A DNA stretch of 64,000 nucleotides from Escherichia phage vB-Eco-KMB22: sequence record OR539217.1; one strand, written 5' to 3'. Every line of letters starts with the position of its first letter. Position 1 is the first letter of the stretch. This document shows positions 55,991 through 64,000 of this stretch, piece by piece. A model generated the notes under the pieces. The model saw only the letters and a list, made by a program, of their open reading frames with translations. It did not search any database and had not been told where the DNA came from. The translations under genes and the position numbers were made by a program.

Positions 55991-56143
55991 TCAATTAGTT
56001 GACTTTGTTATAATATCATCAGACGCTTGATTTGTAAACTGGTCTGTGTTATTTTCTTCAAAAATTTTTTCTACGAATTCCTTGAACGACTTACGTTCCT
56101 GAGCTACATTATGCTCGATTACCTTTTCAAGATTATGACTCAT
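55991..56143 (-). CDS. small hypothetical protein
   Basis: 50-codon ORF translated by hand; ATGA coupling with arn stop. Confidence 0.45.
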   Translation of the reverse strand: MSHNLEKVIEHNVAQERKSFKEFVEKIFEENNTDQFTNQASDDIITKSTN

Positions 56144-56418
56144 TCGAAATAATCTTCAATTTCATAATCATGGACATAAATCATTATAGTTTTTAATACA
56201 TCATCAATACTTTTTCCTGGAGCTGGAATTACGTAAAAATACCCTGCTTTTGAGAGGTCTTTATAAGTTCCAATCAAGAAATCATTATTCTCAAGATGTA
56301 GTTCTTCAACTAATTCATTAACAATTGAGTGGTATAAATTTGGTAGAAACTTATATAGCTTTTCTAGAATATCAATTTTGATTGTGTATTGAACCACAGA
56401 CTGAGAATCAATAATCAT
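56140..56418 (-). CDS. arn: Arn anti-restriction (McrBC inhibitor)
   Basis: 92-aa acidic protein, matches recalled T4 Arn. Confidence 0.8.
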   Translation of the reverse strand: MIIDSQSVVQYTIKIDILEKLYKFLPNLYHSIVNELVEELHLENNDFLIGTYKDLSKAGYFYVIPAPGKSIDDVLKTIMIYVHDYEIEDYFE

Positions 56419-56501
56419 AGACCTTCCCCTTATGTTTCTGTTTGCGATTAGATTCTTTAAACGCTTTCTTCTTATCCTTATGAACAGAAGCTTTATTGAA
56501 A

Positions 56502-56720
56502 TTATGTTTTGCGACTAAATTGTTCATAGTGCTGAATTACCTCTCTCAAACATTTGCATGTGAATGAAAACTTTTTAGCTACACCACATTCAAATATATG
56601 TTCTCTTAAATCGCGTGTATCGGTATATCCCATCTCAACAATAAAATGCCGTATTAGATTTTTATCTTTATCATTGAGAGAATTAAAATAATCAGATTTT
56701 GAATTAATTTCCCTGGCCAA
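56502..56720 (-). CDS. hypothetical protein (arn.x)
   Basis: 72-aa ORF. Confidence 0.5.
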   Translation of the reverse strand: MAREINSKSDYFNSLNDKDKNLIRHFIVEMGYTDTRDLREHIFECGVAKKFSFTCKCLREVIQHYEQFSRKT

Positions 56721-57000
56721 ATTGAATCACCTTCAGTTGACGTTTTAATTCTTTTATCATTTCTTCGTTCATCGCAATATAAAGATCGCGTAAAGCAGGT
56801 TTTAGCATTCCATTTACTGGAGAACTAAATGGACATACATAATCTTTTCCTACAAGCTTTTTGGCAAATTCCATATCACAAAATTTAAATGCCGGCTCAT
56901 TCGCATAAATTCCCCAATTAGTTGACATCATTTTATTGGCATATTCCAGTGCCTGGATTTGATTCATAATTCCATCGATTTGAAACTTTTTAATATTCAT
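56704..57000 (-). CDS. hypothetical protein (arn.x)
   Basis: 98-aa ORF. Confidence 0.5.
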   Translation of the reverse strand: MNIKKFQIDGIMNQIQALEYANKMMSTNWGIYANEPAFKFCDMEFAKKLVGKDYVCPFSSPVNGMLKPALRDLYIAMNEEMIKELKRQLKVIQFGQGN

Positions 57001-57461
57001 TAGTAAAGGTCCTCAGAGTAAAGTTCTTTTTCACTACCACCACGTTCAATACGTACTTGTCCAGCGTAAGTTGCAATAATCATTGCTTCTTCACGTGTCC
57101 AATAATTACTGTATTGGTCAATAAACCCTTGGTCATCATCACAAACTTGTTGAGTAACTAATTGAGGTTTAACTACATCTAAAACTTCGGCCATATCTTT
57201 AGAATAATGACGAGCACCTGGAATAATAAGAGTTCGTCCATCTTTTAATTTAAAACGGTTGGCTGCACAGACAATTCGTCGTTGATACTTTTGGTTTTCA
57301 TCCCAGTACGCAGTCTGCCAACAGATTTCAGGAACTTCTTTCAGAATATCTTCTTCGGTACATTTATAACCATGCGCTTTAAATTTTTCAACAAGACTTT
57401 CTGGAGTTTCACGAGATAAAGGAACATTCAGCATTTTTAAACGATTAATAAATGGGTTCAT
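57000..57461 (-). CDS. hypothetical protein (arn.x)
   Basis: 153-aa ORF. Confidence 0.55.
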   Translation of the reverse strand: MNPFINRLKMLNVPLSRETPESLVEKFKAHGYKCTEEDILKEVPEICWQTAYWDENQKYQRRIVCAANRFKLKDGRTLIIPGARHYSKDMAEVLDVVKPQLVTQQVCDDDQGFIDQYSNYWTREEAMIIATYAGQVRIERGGSEKELYSEDLY

Positions 57462-57787
57462 TTAAACCATCCTTTAATACGTTGCCACAAAGTTTTCTGC
57501 TGAGCTCTGTTAACACCAATTGAACGAATAACCGGTTGAGATTCCTGGAATTCTTTATAATCAGCAAGGTAAATTTCGTAAGCTGCATCCGTAAATGAAC
57601 TTATCGCTGCCATAAAATTATTACGAATACCTACTGGAGCATCTTTACTTTCACGAATAATCATGTATTTACCAGTCTTAATCTTTACGATAGTTCCAAG
57701 ATAAGCTCCATGATACCAGATGTCCCAACCCTCTTGTGTAGGTTCTGCACAACGACGAAGTTCATTAACAATTTCTAACTTGTTCAT
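57458..57787 (-). CDS. hypothetical protein (arn.x)
   Basis: 109-aa ORF. Confidence 0.5.
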   Translation of the reverse strand: MNKLEIVNELRRCAEPTQEGWDIWYHGAYLGTIVKIKTGKYMIIRESKDAPVGIRNNFMAAISSFTDAAYEIYLADYKEFQESQPVIRSIGVNRAQQKTLWQRIKGWFK

Positions 57788-57797
57788 TATTTATTCC

Positions 57798-58433
57798 TCA
57801 CAGTTCAGATGCTACAGTGATTACTGCTTCAATGTTTTCTGCTGAGCGTTTAATGTCAAGATACACATTACCGTTTTTAGCGATTTTACATGACATTCCG
57901 ATATCAGTAAATTTCTGAATATGATGTTCCATCATTTTGTATCCAAAAATTCGCATATTTCCATTGTTGTTAATTTCAAAATTGCGAATTCCATGAGTAC
58001 GTTTTTCTAAAATGGCAAGATAATTACTACGATAAGTTTCAACCTTTTTAAGAACAAATCCATTTTCATCTAGCAGTTTTAACATGAGGTCTTTATCTTC
58101 TTCCATATCAGAAGTAATCTCACGAGCTTTACGAGTTGCTCGTTTTTTCAGAAGTTCTGGAGCATTTTCCTGTGCATATAAAGTTGCTGCATTTGAAATA
58201 ATATCTTGTGCTTCACCCGTGATGATTAATCCATCACCTGATTTCTCTACCAGGCCTTTTTTAATTAATACCCCAATATTACTATTAACTACTGCGTTAC
58301 CTAAATCTGGATGCACCTCACGAACTTCTGCAGCTGTAATGAAATCTTTCTTAGCAATGGTAATTAAAATCGCAGCGGTTTTTTCATTCAGAACATCGTT
58401 AGAAGCTTTGATGATGTAAGTTACTTTAGACAT
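57798..58433 (-). CDS. motA: MotA middle-transcription activator
   Basis: 211 aa, matches recalled MotA; early promoter 58474-58503. Confidence 0.9.
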   Translation of the reverse strand: MSKVTYIIKASNDVLNEKTAAILITIAKKDFITAAEVREVHPDLGNAVVNSNIGVLIKKGLVEKSGDGLIITGEAQDIISNAATLYAQENAPELLKKRATRKAREITSDMEEDKDLMLKLLDENGFVLKKVETYRSNYLAILEKRTHGIRNFEINNNGNMRIFGYKMMEHHIQKFTDIGMSCKIAKNGNVYLDIKRSAENIEAVITVASEL

Positions 58434-58473
58434 TTTCTAATCTCCGTAATTCTGTATCAGTAGTTGATAGTTG

Positions 58474-58503
58474 TATAGTACCACAGTATGCTTTGGTTGT
58501 AAA
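58474..58503 (-). promoter_or_regulatory. early promoter for motA (TTTACA-17-TACTAT)
   Basis: motif; 31-bp leader identical to 62150-62180. Confidence 0.7.
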
Positions 58504-58520
58504 CCGTTTTGTGAAAAAAT

Positions 58521-58556
58521 TTTTGAAATAAAAAAGGGAGAGCCTCGGCTCTCCCT
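58521..58556 (-). terminator. hairpin plus U-run after gene 52 region, before motA promoter
   Basis: gggagagcc-tc-ggctctccc with A-run on + strand. Confidence 0.7.
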
Positions 58557-58560
58557 AAAA

Positions 58561-58765
58561 TTACTGCATGACTGTGATAACTGTCATGATAACACGTTGA
58601 ATGCCGAACGCAAGAAGACCTCCTGCTACGGCTGGAACAACACCTAAACCCGCCAGTAAAATGCTAAAGAAGACCTCCTGCTACGGCTGGAACAACACCT
58701 AAACCCGCCAGTAAAATGCTACCGGATACTAATGCAGCGCTTGTAATACCTATGAATGGACTCAT
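58561..58765 (-). pseudogene. small hydrophobic protein ORF truncated by 55-bp tandem duplication
   Basis: Hand translation: reads MSPFIGITSAALVSGSILLAGLGVVPAVAGGLL then stop at 58664; removing one repeat copy restores a 49-aa ORF ending at 58561. Confidence 0.6.
58612..58721. repeat. perfect 55-bp tandem direct duplication (2 copies)
   Basis: 58612-58666 identical to 58667-58721 base for base. Confidence 0.95.
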
Positions 58766-60090
58766 TTGATTTCCTCTAAATCTTTGGTGTATTCTGTAAC
58801 TACATCAGTAGTTTTCCAATATTCGTTTTCTTCTTTTTTAGCTTTAGCTTCTTCAGCAAGTTTCTTTGCTTCATCAGAAGTCATATGAAAAATATTCATA
58901 CCAACTAGTTTATCAACATAAGAAGAATACATCTCAATTTTAGAAAGTTCTTCGGTCAGTTCTTTACGAGTTTTACCCTGTACAACAATTTCACCTGAAA
59001 TTACTTTCTTAATGAAATGCGCCTTGGCAAAGGCTAAACGAAAAGCTGATTCAGTTTCTTTGATTTTGTTATCAATTCGTTTTTGGACATAAGTTTTACG
59101 AACTTCAACAAAGTCTTTAATTAAATCGACTACGTTATCGTAAACTTGTAGTTTTCCTTTCTCATTAATAACCGTAATATTCTGAGAACGACGCTCAATC
59201 AACCCGAAGTCTTTCATAATTTTTGCATGGCGTTCTTCTTCATTATCGCTCAAAGAATATTCTTTACGGAATTTAACTTTAAAGCCAAAACCATGCTCAC
59301 CACAAGCATCATCCCATGTAATGAAGCCTTTATCTTCAAGTGGGTCTAAGATTTTACTCACATAAGTTTCACGATCATACTTATACGGAATCTCAGTGAT
59401 ATGCATTTGAGTTCGTGAAGTAAACTTATATGTTCCACGAATTTCATATTGCCCATCAATTTCAACGACTTCACCACGAAATTCTGGGAATTCTACCTTC
59501 GGTTTAGTTACTTTCTTTCCTTGAAGAGCTTGCAGTACAGCTTTCTTGACAGAAGAAACACTATGAGGAAGAATGTAAGTTGCATAACCAGTTGCAATAC
59601 CGGAAACGCCATTAAGAAGAACAGTAGGAATAATAGGTAAATAGAAAGCAGGCGGAATGTGTTCTTTATCTTGATGTACCGGAGCATATTCAGTATCTTT
59701 ATATACGTTATAGAAATTTTTACTTACACGAGCAAAAATATAACGACTTGCTGCTGCTTTTTGGACGGTACGAGAACCAAAGTTTCCTTGACCATCTAAC
59801 AGAGGAAAATTATTATTCCAAGTGTTAGCCATCAAAGCACCTGCATCTTGTGCAGAGTTTTCACCATGATGATATCCAAGGTCAGCTACACCACCTGCAA
59901 TAGAAGCAAGTTTGTGAAACTTATCTTTATTTCCTCGTGCCAAATCAAGAGCTCGAGCAATAACAAATCGTTGGACTGGCTTAAATCCGTCAATCATATT
60001 TGGGATAGCACGATTTTCAACCGTGTACATAGCATAAGCCAATGCTTCATTATCAATGATACTTTTTAAATCGCGATTATTCAGTTGCAT
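58762..60090 (-). CDS. 52: DNA topoisomerase II medium subunit gp52
   Basis: 442 aa, position and length. Confidence 0.9.
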   Translation of the reverse strand: MQLNNRDLKSIIDNEALAYAMYTVENRAIPNMIDGFKPVQRFVIARALDLARGNKDKFHKLASIAGGVADLGYHHGENSAQDAGALMANTWNNNFPLLDGQGNFGSRTVQKAAASRYIFARVSKNFYNVYKDTEYAPVHQDKEHIPPAFYLPIIPTVLLNGVSGIATGYATYILPHSVSSVKKAVLQALQGKKVTKPKVEFPEFRGEVVEIDGQYEIRGTYKFTSRTQMHITEIPYKYDRETYVSKILDPLEDKGFITWDDACGEHGFGFKVKFRKEYSLSDNEEERHAKIMKDFGLIERRSQNITVINEKGKLQVYDNVVDLIKDFVEVRKTYVQKRIDNKIKETESAFRLAFAKAHFIKKVISGEIVVQGKTRKELTEELSKIEMYSSYVDKLVGMNIFHMTSDEAKKLAEEAKAKKEENEYWKTTDVVTEYTKDLEEIK

Positions 60091-60094
60091 AAAT

Positions 60095-60235
60095 TTACCA
60101 TACTAGTGAATGTAGTGCCATAATAACATCAGAAATGAAAAGCACGACTTGAATTAATCCGAACATTATTCCGTAATATAACGCTACCAATAAAGTAGCA
60201 AGGGCTAGTGAATAGCCCAAGATTTTCTTAATCAT
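60095..60235 (-). CDS. small membrane protein (52.1 position)
   Basis: 46-aa hydrophobic ORF translated by hand. Confidence 0.5.
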   Translation of the reverse strand: MIKKILGYSLALATLLVALYYGIMFGLIQVVLFISDVIMALHSLVW

Positions 60236-60386
60236 TAGTAGATAACAACACAAATGTTAAATATGCACACATACCCTGGGCTAAAGCTTGTGAAAACACA
60301 CTGCTGGCATCAATACAGATAGTTAAAACACATGCTACTATCCAACAAATAAATGAAATAACTCCTAATAATTTTGCGATATTCAT
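60228..60386 (-). CDS. ac: Ac small membrane protein (acridine sensitivity)
   Basis: 52-aa hydrophobic ORF between stp and 52.1; GAGGAA SD. Confidence 0.6.
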   Translation of the reverse strand: MNIAKLLGVISFICWIVACVLTICIDASSVFSQALAQGMCAYLTFVLLSTND

Positions 60387-60393
60387 ATTTTCC

Positions 60394-60474
60394 TCACTGG
60401 CGTCCGAAGACGCCTTTAGTTTTAAGATTGTTACGATAAAACTGCATCACATGTTCGTTGTGGAAATTACTCAT
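60394..60474 (-). CDS. stp: Stp peptide (activator of host PrrC anticodon nuclease)
   Basis: 26-aa [29 protein letters not shown], matches recalled Stp; start overlaps ndd stop. Confidence 0.8.
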
Positions 60475-60917
60475 TAATATGCCTGCAAAACGAATTTAAA
60501 GTTATCAGCCAACATACGGTTCATTTCTTCAAGTGTTTGATACTCAGAATGATGATTACGAGTAAACGCCAAAGCTAACTGACCTTTACCAAATCCTGTC
60601 GTCAGAGGTTTCATCTTAGAAGCAGGCAGATAAAATACTGTGTATGGAACATTGTTATTTACAATAGTACGCGCAAGTTGAGACCGGCGTTGACGAATAT
60701 GACTTAGAACTGCGCTGAATCCTTGCTTAGAACGCTGATTACCCACATAAAATCGTGCGGATACGCATGAACCATCGAATTCATTTACTAAAAAGTAAAA
60801 TCCAGGTTTAGATAAAATATCTTTATGCGGAGTTCCCAAAAACCACTTACCACCCTTGATTGTACCAATAACAGTAGCGCCTGCGTTGTTCAGATCAGTA
60901 ACAGTCATGTATTTCAT
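60474..60917 (-). CDS. ndd: nucleoid disruption protein Ndd
   Basis: 147 aa, matches recalled Ndd. Confidence 0.85.
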
Positions 60918-60976
60918 TTTAATTTCCTCTAATTATTTTCTACTCCAAGGCCGCATGAATACACGCGGCCATTAAA

Positions 60977-61192
60977 TTAATCGTCGCAGTCGACGCTCAA
61001 TTCCCAGAATTCTTCTACGGTGTAAGTTTCAGTATCATTTTCAATACAGAAACGTTCATTACTATTATTTGCTAAAGTAGCATTAACTGTCGGTTTCTCG
61101 CTAGTGCTCTTAAGAGGTGAAATACGAATTAACTGATCACCATTATCTAAACAGAAAATTTCACCAACTTTTACATCTTTAAAACTTTTCAT
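60977..61192 (-). CDS. hypothetical protein (ndd.x)
   Basis: 71-aa ORF. Confidence 0.5.
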   Translation of the reverse strand: MKSFKDVKVGEIFCLDNGDQLIRISPLKSTSEKPTVNATLANNSNERFCIENDTETYTVEEFWELSVDCDD

Positions 61193-61200
61193 AATTCACC

Positions 61201-61311
61201 TCAAGGAGTATAAAATCCAAATGCAGTTGTTGACCATCCCATCCAATATGGGAAATTTGCGCCAATGTAAAACATAAGAATATAAAACCAAATGTTTAGT
61301 AAATTCATCAT
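61201..61311 (-). CDS. tiny hydrophobic peptide
   Basis: 36-codon ORF, ATGA-coupled to upstream ORF. Confidence 0.4.
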   Translation of the reverse strand: MMNLLNIWFYILMFYIGANFPYWMGWSTTAFGFYTP

Positions 61312-61526
61312 TTTACACCATTCCAAATTGTTTCAACTACGGATTTTAAACCATTTTGATGAATATCCATTCCGACTACCGCCATCAAATAGATTCCAAC
61401 TACAACTGAACCTAAGGCAAAAATCAGCATGAAAATGAATAAAGCCGGAAAAATATTATCGAAAAACCATTCAATAAATGTAAAAGCACTGCGTTTACGC
61501 TTCATATTTTCCTCACATAAATCCAA
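61308..61526 (-). CDS. small membrane protein (ndd.x)
   Basis: 72 aa with TM segment. Confidence 0.5.
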   Translation of the reverse strand: MDLCEENMKRKRSAFTFIEWFFDNIFPALFIFMLIFALGSVVVGIYLMAVVGMDIHQNGLKSVVETIWNGVK

Positions 61527-61626
61527 AGTAAGCGTTTAATACATCAATCATTAAAACGATTGGGAATATACTCAAAACTATTAATATTATAACTACATTC
61601 CATATAGCTTTAATAATCTTTTTCAT
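61513..61626 (-). CDS. tiny membrane peptide
   Basis: 37 aa from ATG with GGAGGAA SD; early promoter 61651-61685 lies inside the longer ORF-track call. Confidence 0.5.
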   Translation of the reverse strand: MKKIIKAIWNVVIILIVLSIFPIVLMIDVLNAYFGFM

Positions 61627-61650
61627 TTTCTGTTCCTCCGTAGTTGATAG

Positions 61651-61685
61651 AGTAATAATACCACGGAAGAACAGTCTTGTAAACA
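61651..61685 (-). promoter_or_regulatory. early promoter (GTTTACA-17-TATTAT)
   Basis: motif. Confidence 0.6.
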
Positions 61686-61869
61686 ACTTTTTTAAAAATA
61701 TTCGTAATAAATGTGAATACCAACTACTACCGCTGAAACCTGTGCAACCCACCACGCGCAAGCAATAAGTACAGAATCCAAAATTTTCATAATAACCTCA
61801 TTACAAAAGTAAATGTTAAACAAATTACTGGAATACTAATTAACCAAATAAAACACCACCATAATGAAC

Positions 61870-62145
61870 TCATAGCTCAATCTCAGCGATTTTCATTTCA
61901 TTACTATTAATAGCCGCTTTAAGACTATCTGAAAGAATTACATTCCAGTGGTCATTCATATGACCATTAATTAAGCGTGTAATTTCTTCGGGAGTTGAAA
62001 AATAAGGCTGATCAGACTCCCAATGCGATAATCCTAAGCGAGTATAAATCATGCCTTCATCATCGCTAGAATATTCAACTGACACAAACTCATCAGTTAT
62101 TTTATGTTTAGCGTAATAAAATTTAAATTTCATTTTATTCTCCAA
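61870..62145 (-). CDS. hypothetical early protein (ndd.x)
   Basis: 91-aa ORF; early promoter 62166-62200. Confidence 0.55.
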   Translation of the reverse strand: MENKMKFKFYYAKHKITDEFVSVEYSSDDEGMIYTRLGLSHWESDQPYFSTPEEITRLINGHMNDHWNVILSDSLKAAINSNEMKIAEIEL

Positions 62146-62165
62146 ATCCGTATCAGTAGTTGATA

Positions 62166-62200
62166 GTTGTATAGTACCACGGTCCTTGTGGTATGTAAAC
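62166..62200 (-). promoter_or_regulatory. early promoter (GTTTACA-17-TACTAT)
   Basis: motif; leader identical to motA promoter leader. Confidence 0.7.
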
Positions 62201-62217
62201 TGTTTTGTGAAATTTTT

Positions 62218-62775
62218 TTAAATGGAAAGATACCATCCGTTGTAGTTGCTTTTTCTTACAACCTTACGAAGGTCTTCTCTGTCACCGATGAACTTCGGAG
62301 TGTACTGGATGACACCTGGATGAATTTCTTTAGTGTTGAATATAATTATACAGTCAGCGACTTGATGATTTAGAATGGGCCCTAAATTTATTCCAGAACC
62401 ATATGGATACTCTCCGCTGCATCCCGTTGTTACCGAAATCCAACGCGAGTCAGTTTGATGTGTTTTGACTTCTACACGAAGCCCGCAATATTTTGGATGC
62501 GCTAAAACATCCCATGCATACGTGTACGGATCATCGACATTTTCTTGGCCTTTATTGACATATCCGCTTAGCCAATCTGCCACAAAAAACTCTGCGTACA
62601 CAGCGATACGGCATCTTTCGATAACTTCTGCTTTATCCTGGTTCGGGTTTTGTTTTAAAGAGTATCTTGCTGTATCAGCAATTTTGACCTTCATTTCACT
62701 AGTCAAGTCACTGTTCGATAGGGTAAATGTCGGAATCTGAAATAGTCTCTGTAAACCCGGATTCGTTTTCTGCAT
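62218..62775 (-). CDS. denB: endonuclease IV
   Basis: 185 aa, matches recalled DenB. Confidence 0.85.
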   Translation of the reverse strand: MQKTNPGLQRLFQIPTFTLSNSDLTSEMKVKIADTARYSLKQNPNQDKAEVIERCRIAVYAEFFVADWLSGYVNKGQENVDDPYTYAWDVLAHPKYCGLRVEVKTHQTDSRWISVTTGCSGEYPYGSGINLGPILNHQVADCIIIFNTKEIHPGVIQYTPKFIGDREDLRKVVRKSNYNGWYLSI

Positions 62776-62807
62776 TTAAACTTTCCTTTATGTCGGAATC
62801 ATAATTT

Positions 62808-62836
62808 CTCTTAAAACAAAAGGGCCGAAGCCCTTA
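62808..62836 (-). terminator. CUUCGG hairpin plus U-run upstream of denB
   Basis: gggccgaagccc with flanking A/T runs. Confidence 0.6.
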
Positions 62837-62838
62837 TT

Positions 62839-63033
62839 TTATTTGAATTGTGCGATTCTTTTCTCTAGACACTCAGCATAAGATTTCATTGAGATGAACT
62901 GCGAAAGTAGCAGTTCTTGCTCAACTGCGTTAACTGTTAGAAACTTTGCGCTTTCTAAAAATTTACTCAGTGCATTAATTTTGAGCATTAATTGATCGTA
63001 TTCTTCTTTTACTCGTGCTTGATAACCTAACAT
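62839..63033 (-). CDS. hypothetical coiled-coil protein
   Basis: 64-aa ORF. Confidence 0.5.
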   Translation of the reverse strand: MLGYQARVKEEYDQLMLKINALSKFLESAKFLTVNAVEQELLLSQFISMKSYAECLEKRIAQFK

Positions 63034-63061
63034 AATTTTCCTTAGTTAAGGGCCGAAGCCC

Positions 63062-64000
63062 TTATTTAAATTGTTCAGTAACGTCTTCAACTACTTCGTA
63101 TTGGCAGGTACGCATTTTAGCATCGTTGTAATCAATCGGAATTGATACTACATCACGCGGATGTACTTTAACTTTTACAACTCGGCTAGTTGAACTGCCA
63201 AAGTGACGAATATAAGATTTAGAACACACATGCAGACCACGAGAACAAGTTTGTGTATCATCGTCATTCACACGAGTACGCGGCATTTTAACTACTTTAC
63301 CAGGACTGTTATCAAAGGTGTTTGAGTGACAGTCAAAGTAGTTGTCACGAACTACTTTCCAAGCATAGAAGTAACCATCTTCTGTAATTTCAATATCGTT
63401 TGCTACCAAGAAATCAAAGAGTCGAGATACCGCTTTCTGGCTTGGGTTTTCCAGCAGATTTTCCAAGAACGGAAAATAAAATTCAAAGTTTTCACCTTTT
63501 TCCATCGAATCGAGAATACGATCAACTAAACCAGACCGTAATTCGATATTTTGATAGAACAAGCTTCCGCCTTCAATTCGAACATCGCCGGAAATATATT
63601 TTTCAACAGCGCGACGAACATTAATTTTTTGTGCCGCTTCTTCCAACTTATCTGCTACAAGCAGATTAAGAATTTCCTGGAAGTTTGAATGAGTATTAGG
63701 AGTTGCGTTATAAGTTACACCGTCAACAGTAATTGAAATGAATTTTTTAGATGCATTCCAAATAATGTCAGATTTAGCAACTGGAGCAATAACTGCATCG
63801 CTATTAACTTTAATTGTAATATCACCGCTAATAGTAACTTTAGAGCGTTTAGCTTCTTCAGCATTTTTCAAAACACGACGAATTGTGTCAACCGATACAC
63901 CTTGCCAATCAGCCAATTCCTGTTGGGTGTAATTACCACTTGAATACAGTTTAACAATTTCAGCTTGTTCGTTTTTGGTCAGGCATTTAATATTGTACAT
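63062..64000 (-). CDS. rIIB: rIIB
   Basis: 312 aa; start codon at last base of window. Confidence 0.9.
   Translation of the reverse strand: MYNIKCLTKNEQAEIVKLYSSGNYTQQELADWQGVSVDTIRRVLKNAEEAKRSKVTISGDITIKVNSDAVIAPVAKSDIIWNASKKFISITVDGVTYNATPNTHSNFQEILNLLVADKLEEAAQKINVRRAVEKYISGDVRIEGGSLFYQNIELRSGLVDRILDSMEKGENFEFYFPFLENLLENPSQKAVSRLFDFLVANDIEITEDGYFYAWKVVRDNYFDCHSNTFDNSPGKVVKMPRTRVNDDDTQTCSRGLHVCSKSYIRHFGSSTSRVVKVKVHPRDVVSIPIDYNDAKMRTCQYEVVEDVTEQFK

Noticed and set aside
58612-58721. Possible CRISPR-like array
   Set aside because: Only two directly abutting copies with no spacer; this is a simple tandem duplication, not a repeat-spacer array

Overview
The window is one colinear block of a T4-like (T-even, Tequatrovirus-type) myophage genome, running from the 3' part of major capsid gene 23 to the start of rIIB. 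Late structural genes (23, 24, 51, 27-29, 48, 54, long tail fibre 34-38, holin t) are on the + strand; the early/middle genes and a few late ones (hoc, inh, 25, 26, alt) are on the - strand. Gene identities are from recalled T4 protein sequences and lengths plus conserved gene order; no database search was possible. Several points differ from T4 as I remember it: a tandem pair of Alt-family ADP-ribosyltransferases, an extra ORF between frd and td, no introns or homing endonucleases except a SegG-like one, and a C-terminally divergent td. The most concrete sequence oddity is a perfect 55-bp tandem duplication that frameshifts a small membrane-protein ORF just downstream of gene 52. I see nothing that clearly constitutes a new multi-gene system; the best candidates for follow-up are the Alt paralog pair, a NADAR-like protein in the 30.x cluster, and the frd-td insert. 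No tRNA, rRNA or CRISPR array is evident.
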